Origin: Eledone cirrhosa
Taxonomy: Eukaryota
Assembly: GCA_964016885.1 (NCBI GenBank)
Contig: OZ024754.1
Coordinates: forward strand, 5,456,001-5,520,000
Reading direction: 5' to 3'
Length of the DNA: 64,000 nt
Below, in pieces: positions 15,302-31,154 of the stretch (within the stretch, counting starts at the first letter, position 1; each line of letters starts with the position of its first letter). The notes under the pieces are model-generated. The model was not told the DNA's origin. It saw only the letters and a program-made list of their open reading frames with translations, and made no database searches. The translations under genes were made by a program, and so were the position numbers.

Positions 15302-15332
<31 letters not shown>

Positions 15333-15334
15333 CA

Positions 15335-15370
<36 letters not shown>

Positions 15371-15628
15371 TTCTCTCTCTCTCTCCCTACCATTTTCTCG
15401 GCGAAATCGTACATATTCAAACCTGGAGAGTGATAGATCTACCAGATTTTGAATGCCTAAAACACGGTATTTTTTTTTTTTTTTCATGGTGAGTCCTACA
15501 CAACTACATCGTGATTTAGGAGACCGTGGATGGGGGCTGGCAATAGATGGATTGATGGACAAATTGACGGTGAGGTTGATGATTGGACGGACGGAAACAC
15601 AACAACATTATTTGGTATATATATATAT

Positions 15629-16003
15629 GGTGGATTGGCAGTATCGGTAGAGGGTCGGACGCCATGCTTTGACGCATAGAGTTACGGCCCTTGCCATTCT
15701 GAGTTCAAGTCCCGCCAAGGTTAACTTTGCCTTTCATCCTTACGGGGTCGATAAAATAAAGTACCAGTAATACACTGGGATAATTGCTGGCCTTGTGCCA
15801 AAAGTAGAAACAATGGGTGGTGGATTGGCAGTATCGGTAGAGGGTATAACGCCATGATTAGCAGCACAGTTACGTCCCTTTACGGACTGAGTTCAAATCC
15901 CGCCGAGGTTAACTTTGCCTTTCATTATTACGGGATCGATAAAATAATGTACCAGTAATGTACTGGGTAATTGCTGGCCTTGTGCCAAAAGTACAAACAA
16001 TTA
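15629..16003 (+). mobile_element. SINE family A head-to-tail dimer
   Basis: Two full copies, 15629-15814 and ~15815-16003. Confidence 0.9.
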
Positions 16004-16339
16004 TATGGTATATTCCAAGTAAACTTTCATATACTTGATGGAATAGACAATATTCTCTCCGACAACTTTCCAATTCATGTTGGAAATTACATCGTTTAAG
16101 TGTCGCAATTTTTTTCATCTGTTCGCTAATTAGCAGCTAATTAATATAGCAGTTAATTAATCAATTCCATAAAGATATATAATTGGGTTCACTTGGTACA
16201 ATTACTTTTAAAGCCGAGTATGTTTTACGATGAAATAAATCTGACTTCGCTCCGGTAAATATCTATTTATAACATTACGTCCGTTCGGTTTAGGATAACC
16301 TTTATTTATTTAGACAAAACACAAACAGAAATACCTTGC

Positions 16340-16373
16340 AAATATCATCATTATCATCATCAACAACATCAAT

Positions 16374-16416
<43 letters not shown>

Positions 16417-16429
16417 CCATCATCATCAC

Positions 16430-16464
<35 letters not shown>

Positions 16465-16870
16465 CCATCACCATCATCATCATCATCACCATCAATGTCA
16501 ACATCATCATTAGAATACTAGACATCATCATCAACATCATCATCAGCATCATCATCATCATAGTCATCGTCGTTATCACCACCATCATCAACATCAGCAT
16601 CATCATCAGCATCATCATCATCATCAGCAGCATCATCATCAGCATCATCATCAACATAATCATCATCGTTATCACCACCATCATCAACATCATCATCATC
16701 ATCAGCATCATCATCATCATCAGCATCATTATCATCACCATCATCATCACCATCATCACCATCACCATCACCACAATCATCACCATCATCATCACCACCA
16801 TCATCACCATCATCATCACCATCATCATCAGCATCATCATCATCATCATCATCGTTGTCATCGTTGTCAT
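16340..16870. repeat. (CAT)n degenerate microsatellite
   Basis: Direct inspection. Similar tracts at 20820-21300 and 37680-38240. Confidence 0.9.
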
Positions 16871-16898
16871 ATATATATAAACAAACCAAATCATGAAC

Positions 16899-16954
<56 letters not shown>

Positions 16955-17164
16955 CGTATATGTTGGTTGTATACCAACACCTCGGTATGCAGATTGGAGC
17001 ACTCGACGAAGTGCGCAGGTTGGTTTGGTTACTCCGGAGTAATGTAAAATAAAATAAAATAATAAATAAGTAAAATGTTTAAAATGTGGCTTCGTTTATT
17101 AAACATTTTAAACATTTGACTTATTTATTTTATTTTATTTTATATATATATATATATAAATAAT

Positions 17165-17320
17165 AATTGTTTCTACTTTTGTCACAAGGCCAGCAGTTAG
17201 CCCAAGTGCATTACTGGTACTTTATTTTATCAACCGTCCGTAAGGATGAAAGGCAAAGTTAAATAACTTTGGCGGGATTTGATCTGAGAACGTAAAGTGC
17301 CATAACTCTATGCCACTAAA
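17165..17320 (-). mobile_element. SINE family A, 5'-truncated
   Basis: Reverse-complement tail, core and B-box. Confidence 0.8.
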
Positions 17321-17344
17321 GTAGTAACAATAAATCCACAATTT

Positions 17345-17417
<73 letters not shown>

Positions 17418-17812
17418 CCTTATCTAGCCCTCTTCGGATTTTAGTCTTCACATTTATTATTATTGTTTATATATATATCTGTGTGTGTATGTATGTGTGT
17501 GTGTTTGTCTGTGTGAGTGTGCGTACCATATATTTATTTATTTATCTATCTATGTATCTTCTTCTCTCCCTTCCACACTTACCCATCTCTATCCCCATCT
17601 TTATAACATTCCATGGTCCCTATCTCTCTATTTAGGCCCCTTCATCTCAATTAATTAACAAACATATAATTTTCTACAGACAATTGAATTATTTCCCCTT
17701 TGTTCTAACTCTCTATATTCTCATGTCGTCTCGTATCTGTCACCGCATCTCATTTTCTTTCCCTGTCTCACATGAGTGTGTGATTGTATAAGTGAGGGTC
17801 TGTGCGTATATG

Positions 17813-17912
<100 letters not shown>

Positions 17913-17936
17913 TATATGTATGTATTTGTATATATG

Positions 17937-18000
<64 letters not shown>

Positions 18001-18024
18001 TATATGTATGTATTTGTATATATG

Positions 18025-18098
<74 letters not shown>

Positions 18099-18100
18099 TG

Positions 18101-18175
<75 letters not shown>

Positions 18176-18282
18176 CTATATATATATATATATATATACC
18201 TATATATATGAATATATATGCATCTATATACAACAATAACAACAACAACCACAACAACAACAACAACAACAATGACAGCAAG

Positions 18283-18314
<32 letters not shown>

Positions 18315-18488
18315 CAACACCAATACAACAACTATAACAACAAGAGTCAGAAGTAGAGACCATTTAACAACCGTCATCTCACAAATATTCAAACCGTCGC
18401 TCGTGTCACCAAACAAAAAATACAATGATTATTATTATGATAATAGCAATTAATAGCAACAACAACAACAAAGAAGACAACAGCAATT

Positions 18489-18544
<56 letters not shown>

Positions 18545-18545
<1 letters not shown>

Positions 18546-19160
18546 GTTTCTGATTTAGGCACAAGGCCAGCAATTTTGGGGTAGGGGAAAGTCGATTAAA
18601 TCGACCCCAGTGCATTACTGGTACTTTATTTTATCGACCTCATAAGGATGAAAGGCAAAGGTAACCTAAGCGGGATTTGAACTCAGACTGTAAAGGGCCG
18701 TAACTATATGCTGCAAAGCATAGTGTCCGACGCTCTACCGATTACTGCTTTTGACAATTATAATAATTGTTTCTACTTTTAGGCACAAGGCCTGAAATTA
18801 CCCGGTACATTACTGGTACTTTATTTTATCGACCCCGTAAGGATGAAAGGCAAAGTTAACCTCGGCGGCATTTGAACTCAGAAAGTAAAAGGCCGTAACT
18901 CTATGCTTCGATTCATGGTGTCTGACGCTCTACCGATTCTGCCAATGGCAATTATAATGCTATTGATAATAATTGTTTCTTATATAGGCACAAGGCCACC
19001 AATTTTGGGGTAGGGGAAAGTCGATTAAATCGACCCCAGTGCGTGACTGGTACTTTATTTTATCAACCCATTAAGGATGAAAGGAAAAGTTAACTTCGGC
19101 GGGATTTGAACTCAGACCGTAAAGGGACGTAACTATGCTGCAGAGCATGGCGTCTGACCA
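18545..19160 (-). mobile_element. SINE family A head-to-tail trimer (long/short/long variants)
   Basis: Copies at ~18545-18750, 18765-18950 and 18972-19160; an (AAT)n tail lies to the left. Confidence 0.9.
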
Positions 19161-19259
19161 ATGATTTTGTGTTTGGTCACAAGGACGGGAAATATTGAGG
19201 ACAAACACAAAAACAATGGAGACAAATGGGGGTGGGGGGGAGCTTACAAGGGCTGTGAG

Positions 19260-19276
19260 GAGTAGTAGTAGTAGTG

Positions 19277-19340
<64 letters not shown>

Positions 19341-19359
19341 CAGAAACAGCACCAGCAGC

Positions 19360-19399
<40 letters not shown>

Positions 19400-19413
19400 A
19401 CAGCAGCAGCAGC

Positions 19414-19463
<50 letters not shown>

Positions 19464-19484
19464 CAGCAGCAGCAGCAGTACTAC

Positions 19485-19522
<38 letters not shown>

Positions 19523-19534
19523 ACAGCTGCGGTA

Positions 19535-19582
<48 letters not shown>

Positions 19583-19593
19583 ACAGCAGCAGC

Positions 19594-19660
<67 letters not shown>

Positions 19661-19667
19661 CTACTAC

Positions 19668-19699
<32 letters not shown>

Positions 19700-19711
19700 A
19701 CAGCTGCGGTA

Positions 19712-19784
<73 letters not shown>

Positions 19785-19800
19785 CAATAGTAGCAGCAGC
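19260..19800. repeat. (AGT)n/(AGC)n compound microsatellite
   Basis: Direct inspection; explains the poly-S/T/L/V ORFs. Confidence 0.9.
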
Positions 19801-20211
19801 AACTGCAGCAGCAACAATAACAAAACAACAATAAAGAAACATAAAACAATAGAGATAGATACGAAGAGAGAGAAATGATGAAGAAAGGCGTCCAGTAATA
19901 GGTTTGGTTAAACGCAGACGATATATGTTTAAATTATGAAGAAATTAATATGTGATTGTTTCGGACAGAATCAGCTATAGGCGCCATAGAAGACAAAAGA
20001 TTAAATGGTGACTGTGAGATGGGCGTAGGAGTGGTGGTGAGAGGAGGAATGGGATGAGAGAAAGGGAGGTGAGAGTTTGAATAAAGAGAATAAAGAGACC
20101 TGTTGCCCTGACATTTGCCTACCTATACACACCTGCTTATATATATATATATGTGTATGTATGTATGTATATATATATATATATATATGTATATGTATGT
20201 ATGTATGTATG

Positions 20212-20288
<77 letters not shown>

Positions 20289-20362
20289 GCATTTGTGTAC
20301 GCTTATATATGTACCACTTTATATATATTTGCGTATGACTGTACGTCTATATATATATACAC

Positions 20363-20503
<141 letters not shown>

Positions 20504-20538
20504 TATGTATTTTGTGCATGCGAGTGCGTGTGTACGCC

Positions 20539-20578
<40 letters not shown>

Positions 20579-21011
20579 TACTTCTATAGATGCTATACAT
20601 ACAGGTGTGTGCGTGTATGTGTGTATATGAGTGTGTGTATGCGTCTGTATGTGTGTGTATGTGTGTATATGTGTGTGTGTATGTGTGTGTGTATGTGTGT
20701 GTACGCATTTTTCTAAACTTTGTCTTGTTTAATGATAATAATTAGCGACTGTTAAAATGTTATCTTAATGAGTCATATAAGTGATTCTAAAAGACAGGCA
20801 GGCAGTCAGGCAGTCAGACATCGTTGACATTATCATCATCACCATCATCGTCTGCAATCTCCTCCTTATCATTACTATTATCATCACCTTTATCACTATC
20901 ATTATCCTCGTCAGCTTCGCCATCGTCACTGCTATTATCATTACCATCATCATCATCATCATCGTTAATGTCATTATCATCATCATCATCGTCATCATCA
21001 TCTTGATTATG

Positions 21012-21047
<36 letters not shown>

Positions 21048-21218
21048 TTGATTATGATCATCATCAACGTCATCGTCATCATCATCATCATTATCATCAT
21101 CATTATCATCATCATCATTATCATCTTTATTATGATCATCCTCAACATCATCTCCACAGCTATCATCATCATCATCGTCATCATCCTCATCACCGACATC
21201 ATCATTATCATTGTCATC

Positions 21219-21254
<36 letters not shown>

Positions 21255-21499
21255 TTCATCATCATTTTCATCATCAGCAACATCATCATCATCATCATTA
21301 TAAAGATCAATTTGTAACTTAAGAGTAATACAATGTAATATTAAGCATGCAGTGAAAACATTAAACATTTAAGCTCAGATATTCGGGGTTCAAGTTAACA
21401 GACAGTCGATCCACTTTCGTCAAATCGGACCGAGGAAACAATGTTTCCATTGGTCTTTCCAATTGCTAATACTATCTATCGGTCGCAACTCCAGGTAGA

Positions 21500-21621
21500 A
21501 GGAGCAACGTGAAATAAAGTGTCTTGCTCAATGACATAACGCATCACCCGGCCCAAGAATCGAACTCACAACCTTACGATTTTGAATCCAGTTCTCTTAC
21601 CACTCAGCCACGCGCCTTCAC
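21500..21621 (-). mobile_element. SINE family B, 5' part
   Basis: ggagcaacgtgaaataaagtgtcttgctcaa...gaatcgaactc...accactcagccacgcgccttcac, shared with 31155-31299. Confidence 0.75.
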
Positions 21622-22104
21622 AAAAGTTAACAGAATCAACATGAAAAGATCTCGCATAGCTTCTCTCGAATAAGAAACTAACCGTGGATCAAGTAGCAAA
21701 ACTAATTATTATTTTTAACAGTAGATCGCTAGATGGGGTGATTGTTGCAGCGGCTGTCGTTGGCCAATGGCCGCGGAAATGCTTTTGCGGTTTTGTCTGT
21801 ATGGCACAGCTCCAACAACGCCTCGCCCTAGGCCCAGAGCCTATCCCGTTCCGCCTCCCATTCTCCTATGACCCCCCCCCCTCCACAGCGCCTGCCCTTC
21901 CCTTCATTTTCCATTTTTAAATATCTGTAGCGTTGTTGTTATTTGAGATAGATTTGCTTGTATATACATACATATGTGTGTTCCTGTAGGTGTTCAACAA
22001 AACGTGATCAATAGGATAGGTATCAGATATTACTATTTTATTATTTTACCTGTTCCAGCCATCCGACTGAGGCCATGCTGGGCCCCGCTCTTGTTGCTAC
22101 ACGT

Positions 22105-22160
<56 letters not shown>

Positions 22161-22185
22161 TATATATATATATATATATATATAT

Positions 22186-22799
<614 letters not shown>

Positions 22800-23319
22800 A
22801 TAATACACGCACGCGTACAAACACACACACACACACATATATATGTAATTCTTTTTCTGACGAAAGAGGATATTTTATTAAAGGTGCTCGTAGTTGAAAT
22901 AAGCGTTAATTACTGTTAATAAGGTGCCACTTGAACTTTCACTAATTGCAATTATAATTAATGATTAAGCTGGCCAATCTATTCAGATCACAGTTGTAAT
23001 TTATTCAATAAGATCATTACATAAAACTCTCAGTGTTAGTCTGAAATAAATAGCTGTTAATTAGTTTGTCTGTGTTTATATTTTTTTATGTTGGCAATTA
23101 GCTGAATGTTAAAGGGAAGCTTATTAACTGCCAGGTAAGTAGGTAGTTGGTAGTTATGTGTAGGTAGATTGGTTAAATAGACTCTGCCTCAGCAAAGTAT
23201 CAATGACTTTAACTTCTCACAAATCATTAGCTTCTCAAACACTTACTCCCACCACCAACACACTCTCTATCTTTCACGCACTCTTTATATCCTTCTAGTA
23301 TTGTACCTATGTGGATATA

Positions 23320-23429
<110 letters not shown>

Positions 23430-23439
23430 TTATTTGGTT

Positions 23440-23820
23440 ATCACGGCTCAAGCCAAGGTCTATTGAGTTTGCTTATTAAGAAATACAAAATTCTAAACAT
23501 ATTTGATATGTTTTGATTAATTATTTGAATAAAAAATGGCGTAGACATACAACACGACAGGAGAAAAAATATAACACCACTGACGATGTTGCAGATGTGC
23601 AACGAAAGATTTATGTAAATTATGTAAACTATATATATGTATTTGTGTCTATATTCTATCTGTATTATTTTTGACCGTGGGTCAGTCAATGGCAACATTG
23701 AGGACCGAGTAAGTTAGATCGCAGATATAAAAGACAGCGAGAAGCGAAAACCAACCAAACAGTGAGTGTGTTCTGTTATTAATTCTGGCAATATTACACA
23801 AATATGACCCTCCCCAAGTA

Positions 23821-23826
<6 letters not shown>
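23440..23826. mobile_element. Composite (TA)n-embedded element: hammerhead-like 5' half (+) joined to an inverted family P5 tail
   Basis: CTGACGAT-GTTGCA-gatg-TGCAAC-GAAA at ~23580-23607; 23630-23826 is the reverse complement of ~55392-55580. Confidence 0.55.
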
Positions 23827-23859
<33 letters not shown>

Positions 23860-24463
23860 AGACATACATACACGTAGAGAAGTATATATATATATATATA
23901 TATATAACAAGAGAGGGAGAGAAAGAGATAAAACTTGGTAAGCCCAGGAATCTTTAGTCTGTGAGTAACCAAAGGAAGTTACAAATTCCATTCATAGTTT
24001 GTCCAATGTATTAAAGCAAATGAAGAGTTAGCACTGCCAGAAGTTTACCTCCATTGTACAGTTCTCCACACCCCAATCTAGGCTGCAAATAATACAATAT
24101 ACTCAAGATATTTTATAAATGTAAAGGGAATGATCGAGGCAAATTTATAAGTATATAACACAAAGTATTTAAACTCTAAGCTTCTAATATAGCAATTAGC
24201 GCAGGAAGAGAATACATATATAATTATAACATTTATATATTTTTCGATGACTAAAAAAGAATTTTATATTCGTATGATTCATTTCATTTCACATTTTATT
24301 TTTTCTTTATATATTTTATCAAATTTCTATAAGGCGAAGCAGTGTATTTATCTCTCTAATGCTGGTCTTATTGTTGTTTGTATTGTACTTTTATTGTATT
24401 TGTGCTTAGCAATAAGCTAAGAAAGAATCAGAACTTGTGTTGTTTCCCCCATATATATGTAAC

Positions 24464-24521
<58 letters not shown>

Positions 24522-24731
24522 GTAATAATAATAGTAATAATAGTAATGGTAATAATAACAATAGTAATAATAATAATCTACTGCTGCGGACAAATGGCGG
24601 CGGTTATTCGTATAATTGGACGTTTCAGTTGAAATATGTTGCTTCTTTTGTTCGCCTCCATTTTACTTTCTTTTCTCTTTCTCTTGTCACAGTATTTGTT
24701 CGTACGTTTCCTTCGTTCTCTATGAAGCCGA

Positions 24732-24903
<172 letters not shown>

Positions 24904-25547
24904 GCAAGTATGTGTGTCTGTGCCTGTGTGCCTGTGTGTATGTGTGTGTGCGTGTATCTGTGTGTGTGCCTGTGTATCTCTGTATATGAGTGCCTGTGTC
25001 TGAGCGTGTATATGTGTGCGCGTGTGTGTGTGTGTGTGTATCTGTGTGTGTATCTGTCTGTTGTGTCTGTGTGTGTGCGTGTATCTGCATGTGTGAGTGC
25101 GTGTGTGTGTAAAGGATGAATTATTATTTTCAACATGGAATACACCCTATTTTTTGTTTAATACTTGACAAACAGCGGAACAGAAAATATCTCAAGGAAA
25201 AAAAAAAAAAAAAAAAAGAGAAAAAGAAAGCAGAATGTAAAAATAGAAATAAATAAATAAATAATAAATAAATATTTAAATAAATAAAAAGCAAATGAGA
25301 GGAAAGAATGAGTGGAAAGGTGTAAAAATTTACAGGTGCCGGATCGAATAAATTTATTCGCAAAAACCTCGAAGGTTTTTTTTTTTTTGTTTCGCTGGAC
25401 TATTATTGTTGTGTGAGATAGTAATTCACACACACAGATATTCACACACACACACACATGGTCAAGTGTGGAAAGAAGAAGAAGAAGAAGAAGAAGAAGA
25501 AGAAGAAGAAGAAGAAGAAGAAGAAGAAGAAGAAGAAGAAGAAGAAG

Positions 25548-25617
<70 letters not shown>

Positions 25618-25845
25618 GCAACAACAACAACAACAACGGGACAATGACGACGAAAGAGATAAACCGTTGTAGTCCTGCAGAAGCGATTTCTATGTTAATT
25701 TTCGTTGTTCTCAATCTACTAATGTATTGAGTAGTTTATCTCTTGTAGTTACCCTCGATTTCTGCCTGGAACTATATATGTGTGTGTGTGTGTGTAAGCA
25801 TACTAACACATTCACTCACGTCTCAGCCTTTGTATGTTTGCGTCT

Positions 25846-25876
<31 letters not shown>

Positions 25877-26594
25877 AGTGTGTGCGTGTTTGTGTTTGTG
25901 TGTGTGTACATAGATAACATCTTAGTGGTGTGAGAACATGTAAATGAATTGTATAATCAAAATCCCTAAATATGTTTAGTCCCCTTCTCTATCAATCCGC
26001 CCCCACCCCTACCAATACCACCCACCCACGATTGATTTTATGCATTTTACTTGTTTGGTTTTTATTTTACCCCGTGTTATATGTAGCCATTTTACTTTTC
26101 CACACCAATCTCACCAACCGTCATCACCGCCTATGCACGCCGCCGCCATATTATATCTGCCGATGACACGTCTCGCCGATAATTCTGTGGTTTATCCGTG
26201 ATTTGATAACCTCACTAGCCGAATCTTTACAATTATTTGCTTAAATTAATTGTCCAGGATTATTGCACTTAGGACGACGTTTCTTAGCAAACAAACAGAA
26301 CAACGAAAGATGTTCTCTATTCTCTCCTTCATTTTTTTCTTAATTTTCCCCATTTTTTTCTTTTATTAATTCTTTCTCACCCCTGCTTTCCGTTACCCAG
26401 AATATATTCATAACACACACACACACGAACACACACATAAGCAGGCACTCATACATACATGCAGGCACACACAAACACACACATAAGCAGACACAGTTAC
26501 ATACATGCAGACATACATACACACAAACACACACGCACACATAAGCAGACACACATACATAAACACATACACACACACAAGCAGACACACACAT

Positions 26595-26788
<194 letters not shown>

Positions 26789-26878
26789 CTTTGATAACTT
26801 TCGGCCAGTATTGGCCCAGGCCATGTCTAACTTAATAGCACCACATGGCGAAGTCAATATGTGTGTGTATATATATAT

Positions 26879-27202
<324 letters not shown>

Positions 27203-27677
27203 CTACACTTCGCAAAGTAATTGACCCAGAGGTTTCGAGTTGTGAAAGAAAACAATAGCAGCCAAAACACAGAAGGGTAAATGACTGAATGGTGACGACA
27301 TCCCATACGGTTTGTACACTTGGTGGTTCTGAATGGTAAGCTGGGTAGTGTGACAGTGTGATAGTGTGAGATTGTAATAGTGTGACAGTTAATAATCTGA
27401 GAGTGTGATAATGTGAGAGTTTAATAATAGTGTGAGTAGGTGAGATTGTAATAGTGTGAATGGGTGAGAGGCTCTGTTCATTGGAGCTGTTCATTGGAGA
27501 CTATGAAAATGGAGGATTATTGTAAAAGAGAAAGAAAAAAAGCGAAAGGGCGTTTCCTTTTTATCGATAAGTGATGTTAGTGATACCAATGCCGTTTACA
27601 GCCATTGCCGTGAGACGATGTCGTAATGCCGACTAGGGATTTTTATATATATATTTACACACACACACACACGCACG

Positions 27678-27708
<31 letters not shown>

Positions 27709-28269
27709 TATAGTTTTGCGTTAATGGTCGCTTTTTTTTTATTATTGTATATATTTTTTTAAATTTCTCATATTTCGATTAATATTTTTGAACAAGAACA
27801 CTTCTTTCATTTGTCTGTTGTCCATTCGGTAACCACCAGGGACACAGAGTGAAACTATACGGGCATTTATTTACACAAGGAACAGATAGCATACAGAAGT
27901 GCTAAGCAAGGTGCCAAGGTATTCTATCGAACGGAAACTAACCATTATTTCGTCATCTGTGTAATAAATAAGCCGGTGTTTTCACAGGAGAAGAAAGTAT
28001 TATTTTTTTCACGTATTCTATTTTGGTTTAGATTTCAAAAACATATTGACAGCACGAGACCTTTCTCTGGAAGTGAAGACCAAAGCTGTTACAGACGTGA
28101 AGTGTGTGGGGCAGGGATGGAGATAAAATCAACATAGTATGGACAATAGCAAGTTTACGCAAATGGAGAGAAGTAGAAAATGGGGAGTATGTTGAGGAGG
28201 TTAAGATAATGAGTATGTTGATGCTGATGATAGTAATGGCGGTTTTGATGATGAAGATTATTATGATAG

Positions 28270-28622
28270 AGCGTCAGACACCATACTTTGCGTCATAGAG
28301 TTATTGCCCTTTATGTTCTGAGTTCAAATGCCGCCGAGGTTAGCTTTGCCTTTCATCCTTACAGGTCAATAAAATAAAGTACCAGTAATACACTGATTTA
28401 ATTAATGGCCTTGTACCAAAAGTAGAAACAGTTATCATTATTATTAACTGGCAGTATCGCCAGAGGGTCAGACATGCTTTCCAGCGTAGTTACGTCTCTT
28501 TGCGATCTGAGTTCAAATCCCGCCGAGGTTGACTTTGCCTTTCATCCTTACGGGGTCGATAAAATAAAGTACCAGTAATGTACTGGTAATTGATGGCCTT
28601 GTGCCAAAAAGTAGAAACAATT
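28270..28622 (+). mobile_element. SINE family A dimer
   Basis: Two copies at ~28270-28432 and 28448-28622. Confidence 0.85.
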
Positions 28623-28672
28623 ATTATTATTATTATTTTTATCTTGTTTAACTCTATAATATATATATATAT

Positions 28673-28783
28673 AGCTCAGCCGTCGGGGTCTTACTTGTTC
28701 CTATTACCCCACTCTACTACCCTAAGTATTGAGTACTTTGGTGCGTTATGGTCCACCTGGTTCCTTACCACATTTCCTTCGTT
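28673..28783 (+). mobile_element. Family P1 tail fragment in (TA)n
   Basis: agctcagccgtcggggtc...ccacatttccttcgtt matches 1140-1227 and the reverse complement of 49276-49385. Confidence 0.8.
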
Positions 28784-28809
28784 ATATATATATATATATT
28801 ATATATATA

Positions 28810-28854
<45 letters not shown>

Positions 28855-29231
28855 ATGTCAATATATATATATATATATATATTGACATATATATATATAT
28901 ATATAAACACACATATATATGTGTGTGTGTATATGTGAACGTGTGTGTGTTACGTATGTGTGAGAGAGAAAGAGTTTGAGAGACAACGACTGGGGCTGTT
29001 TGCCTGCGTGTTTATTTGGGCATGTATCATGTGTGAATGTATATATATAGATGTATATAAACAGCCATTGATGTATAATTAGGTGTGTAGATAATGACCG
29101 ACTATGAAATACAGCTATTGTCATTGATAAGTATATTCCTGTCCAGCTTAGCGGAGATCGCTCCCAGCCAAATTCTGGACGTTCTGACCTGTGAGAGCGA
29201 ATGGTAGAGTGCGGTGGTGGGATCTAGAGCT

Positions 29232-29323
<92 letters not shown>

Positions 29324-29383
29324 GATATGTTTGCGTGCGTGGGTGTGTGTATGTGTGTGGGTATGTGTGTGTGTGAGAGATAG

Positions 29384-29432
<49 letters not shown>

Positions 29433-30062
29433 GAGAGAGATAGAAAAAGAGAGAGAGGTGGAGAGAGAGATGGGAAGGGAGAGAGGGAGAGAGGGGGAGA
29501 GAAGGGAAGAGAGAGAGAGAAAAAGAGAGAGAGAGAGGGAGAGAGATTAAGAGAGAGGGGGAGGGAGAGGGGATAAAGAGAAAGGGGAAGAGAGAGAGAG
29601 GGGCGCGGGGCGGAAACAGGTAAACAAAGAGACAGGCCGAGAAACAATTATATAGACAAACCGGACAGAGAAAATTGAACAAAAGAAAAAGAATGAACGA
29701 GAGCGGAAGAGATAAATTGATGTGACCGCCATGCTTGGCTGAAAAGAAATGCAACTGTTCCTTCACACACACACATAGACACACATGCGCACATACGTAC
29801 GCACACGCCCACATACAGGCATACACAGATACACATATACGAGCACGTAGTCCACCCCGACGCGCACACATATCTATGTATATCGACGGATAAGCAATAT
29901 ATTTATGCCCATATCTATCTATCTATCGATCTATCTATATCCCTCTCCCTCTTTCTGCCTCTCTCTCACTATCTATCTATCTATCCATGCACTCACACAC
30001 ACGCACACACACACACACATACACACACACACATATATATATACTTATATATATATATATAT

Positions 30063-30449
30063 AAAAGAAATAGGATTTCGCTTCAAGCATAGCTTTATAC
30101 AATATGTGATGTCCAGCAGAAGCAAGGGGGACAACCGTCTATGCATTTCCGGCTTAACTGGCCATTGTCAGGACGGTCCATCCCACCGCTTGCGACTGCT
30201 GGACTAGAAGACAGGCGAAAATATGTAGTTTTCTCGTCTGTGTAAATGAGGTGATTAATCTCATTTGCATATGAAGCTGCATAAGTTGGCTCAACTTATA
30301 ATAGAAAAGAAATAGGTTTTTGCTTCAAGCATAGCTTTATACAATATGTATAAATATTTTGTATCTCCCAAGAAATACGGTTTTAGGAAGCCGTAACTAT
30401 GCAAACACCGGGGGGGGGGGCTAACGCCCTCTGGTGATGTCCAGCAGAA
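30063..30449. mobile_element. (TA)n-flanked element with partial direct tandem duplication
   Basis: aaaagaaatagg..gcttcaagcatagctttatacaatatgt at ~30063 and ~30305; gtgatgtccagcagaa at ~30106 and ~30434. Confidence 0.55.
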
Positions 30450-30461
30450 ATATATATATAT

Positions 30462-30854
30462 ATGAATGTATGTATAGTATATTTAATACCGTATATTTAA
30501 TTAAAAACATTTAGAAGACCATTCGCTATCAATTTTAAAGTAGTGAATAGATCACTTACTTATTTTCGGCAAAGGGTGGGAGAGAGGCTGACAGTTGTTT
30601 ATCGCTGATTGGCGTTTATCAAAGCCACGCACTCTCCTGCTTTTGCCGAAAATTATAGGAGCTGGATTCTTATAGAAATCCAGTAATAATCAGGAGCTGA
30701 TTATACAGAGCGATTGCCGGTCCAGCAAACATTAGTTATTAGTATTGGTGCTCTGAAATAGCGATGTATACATGAATGTATGTATAGTATATTTGGCAAT
30801 ATACCGTATGGTTAATTAAAAACATTTAGAAGACCATTCGCTATCAATTTTAAA

Positions 30855-30857
<3 letters not shown>
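30462..30857. mobile_element. (TA)n-flanked element with ~80-bp terminal direct repeats
   Basis: atgaatgtatgtatagtatattt...tagaagaccattcgctatcaattttaaagt at 30462-30541 and 30772-30857; internal hairpin ttttcggcaaa.../...tttgccgaaaa. Confidence 0.6.
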
Positions 30858-30888
<31 letters not shown>

Positions 30889-30892
<4 letters not shown>

Positions 30893-30975
30893 ATAATAAT
30901 AAATTTGAAGACTAAAATCCAAAGAGGGCTCGATAAGGATAAATATATATCAAATATATAAGAACCGTAGAGCAA
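30889..30975 (+). mobile_element. Family P7 fragment in (TA)n
   Basis: agtaataataataaatttgaagac...aagaaccgtagagcaa also at 55729-55806, and as reverse complement at ~17413-17463. Confidence 0.65.
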
Positions 30976-31154
30976 ATATATATATGTGTGTGTGTGTGTG
31001 TGTAGATGAATGGAGTTGTTTTAACAGTTCTGTAATCTCAGAAGGTGACTGTGTGTCAGCTCACACCTATGCAGGTTTAGCTGGCCTCCTGCAAGGTATA
31101 TCTCGTTGGAGGTGTATTGTGTAATTTAATGATAGGGACCCCAGTCCCTATCAT

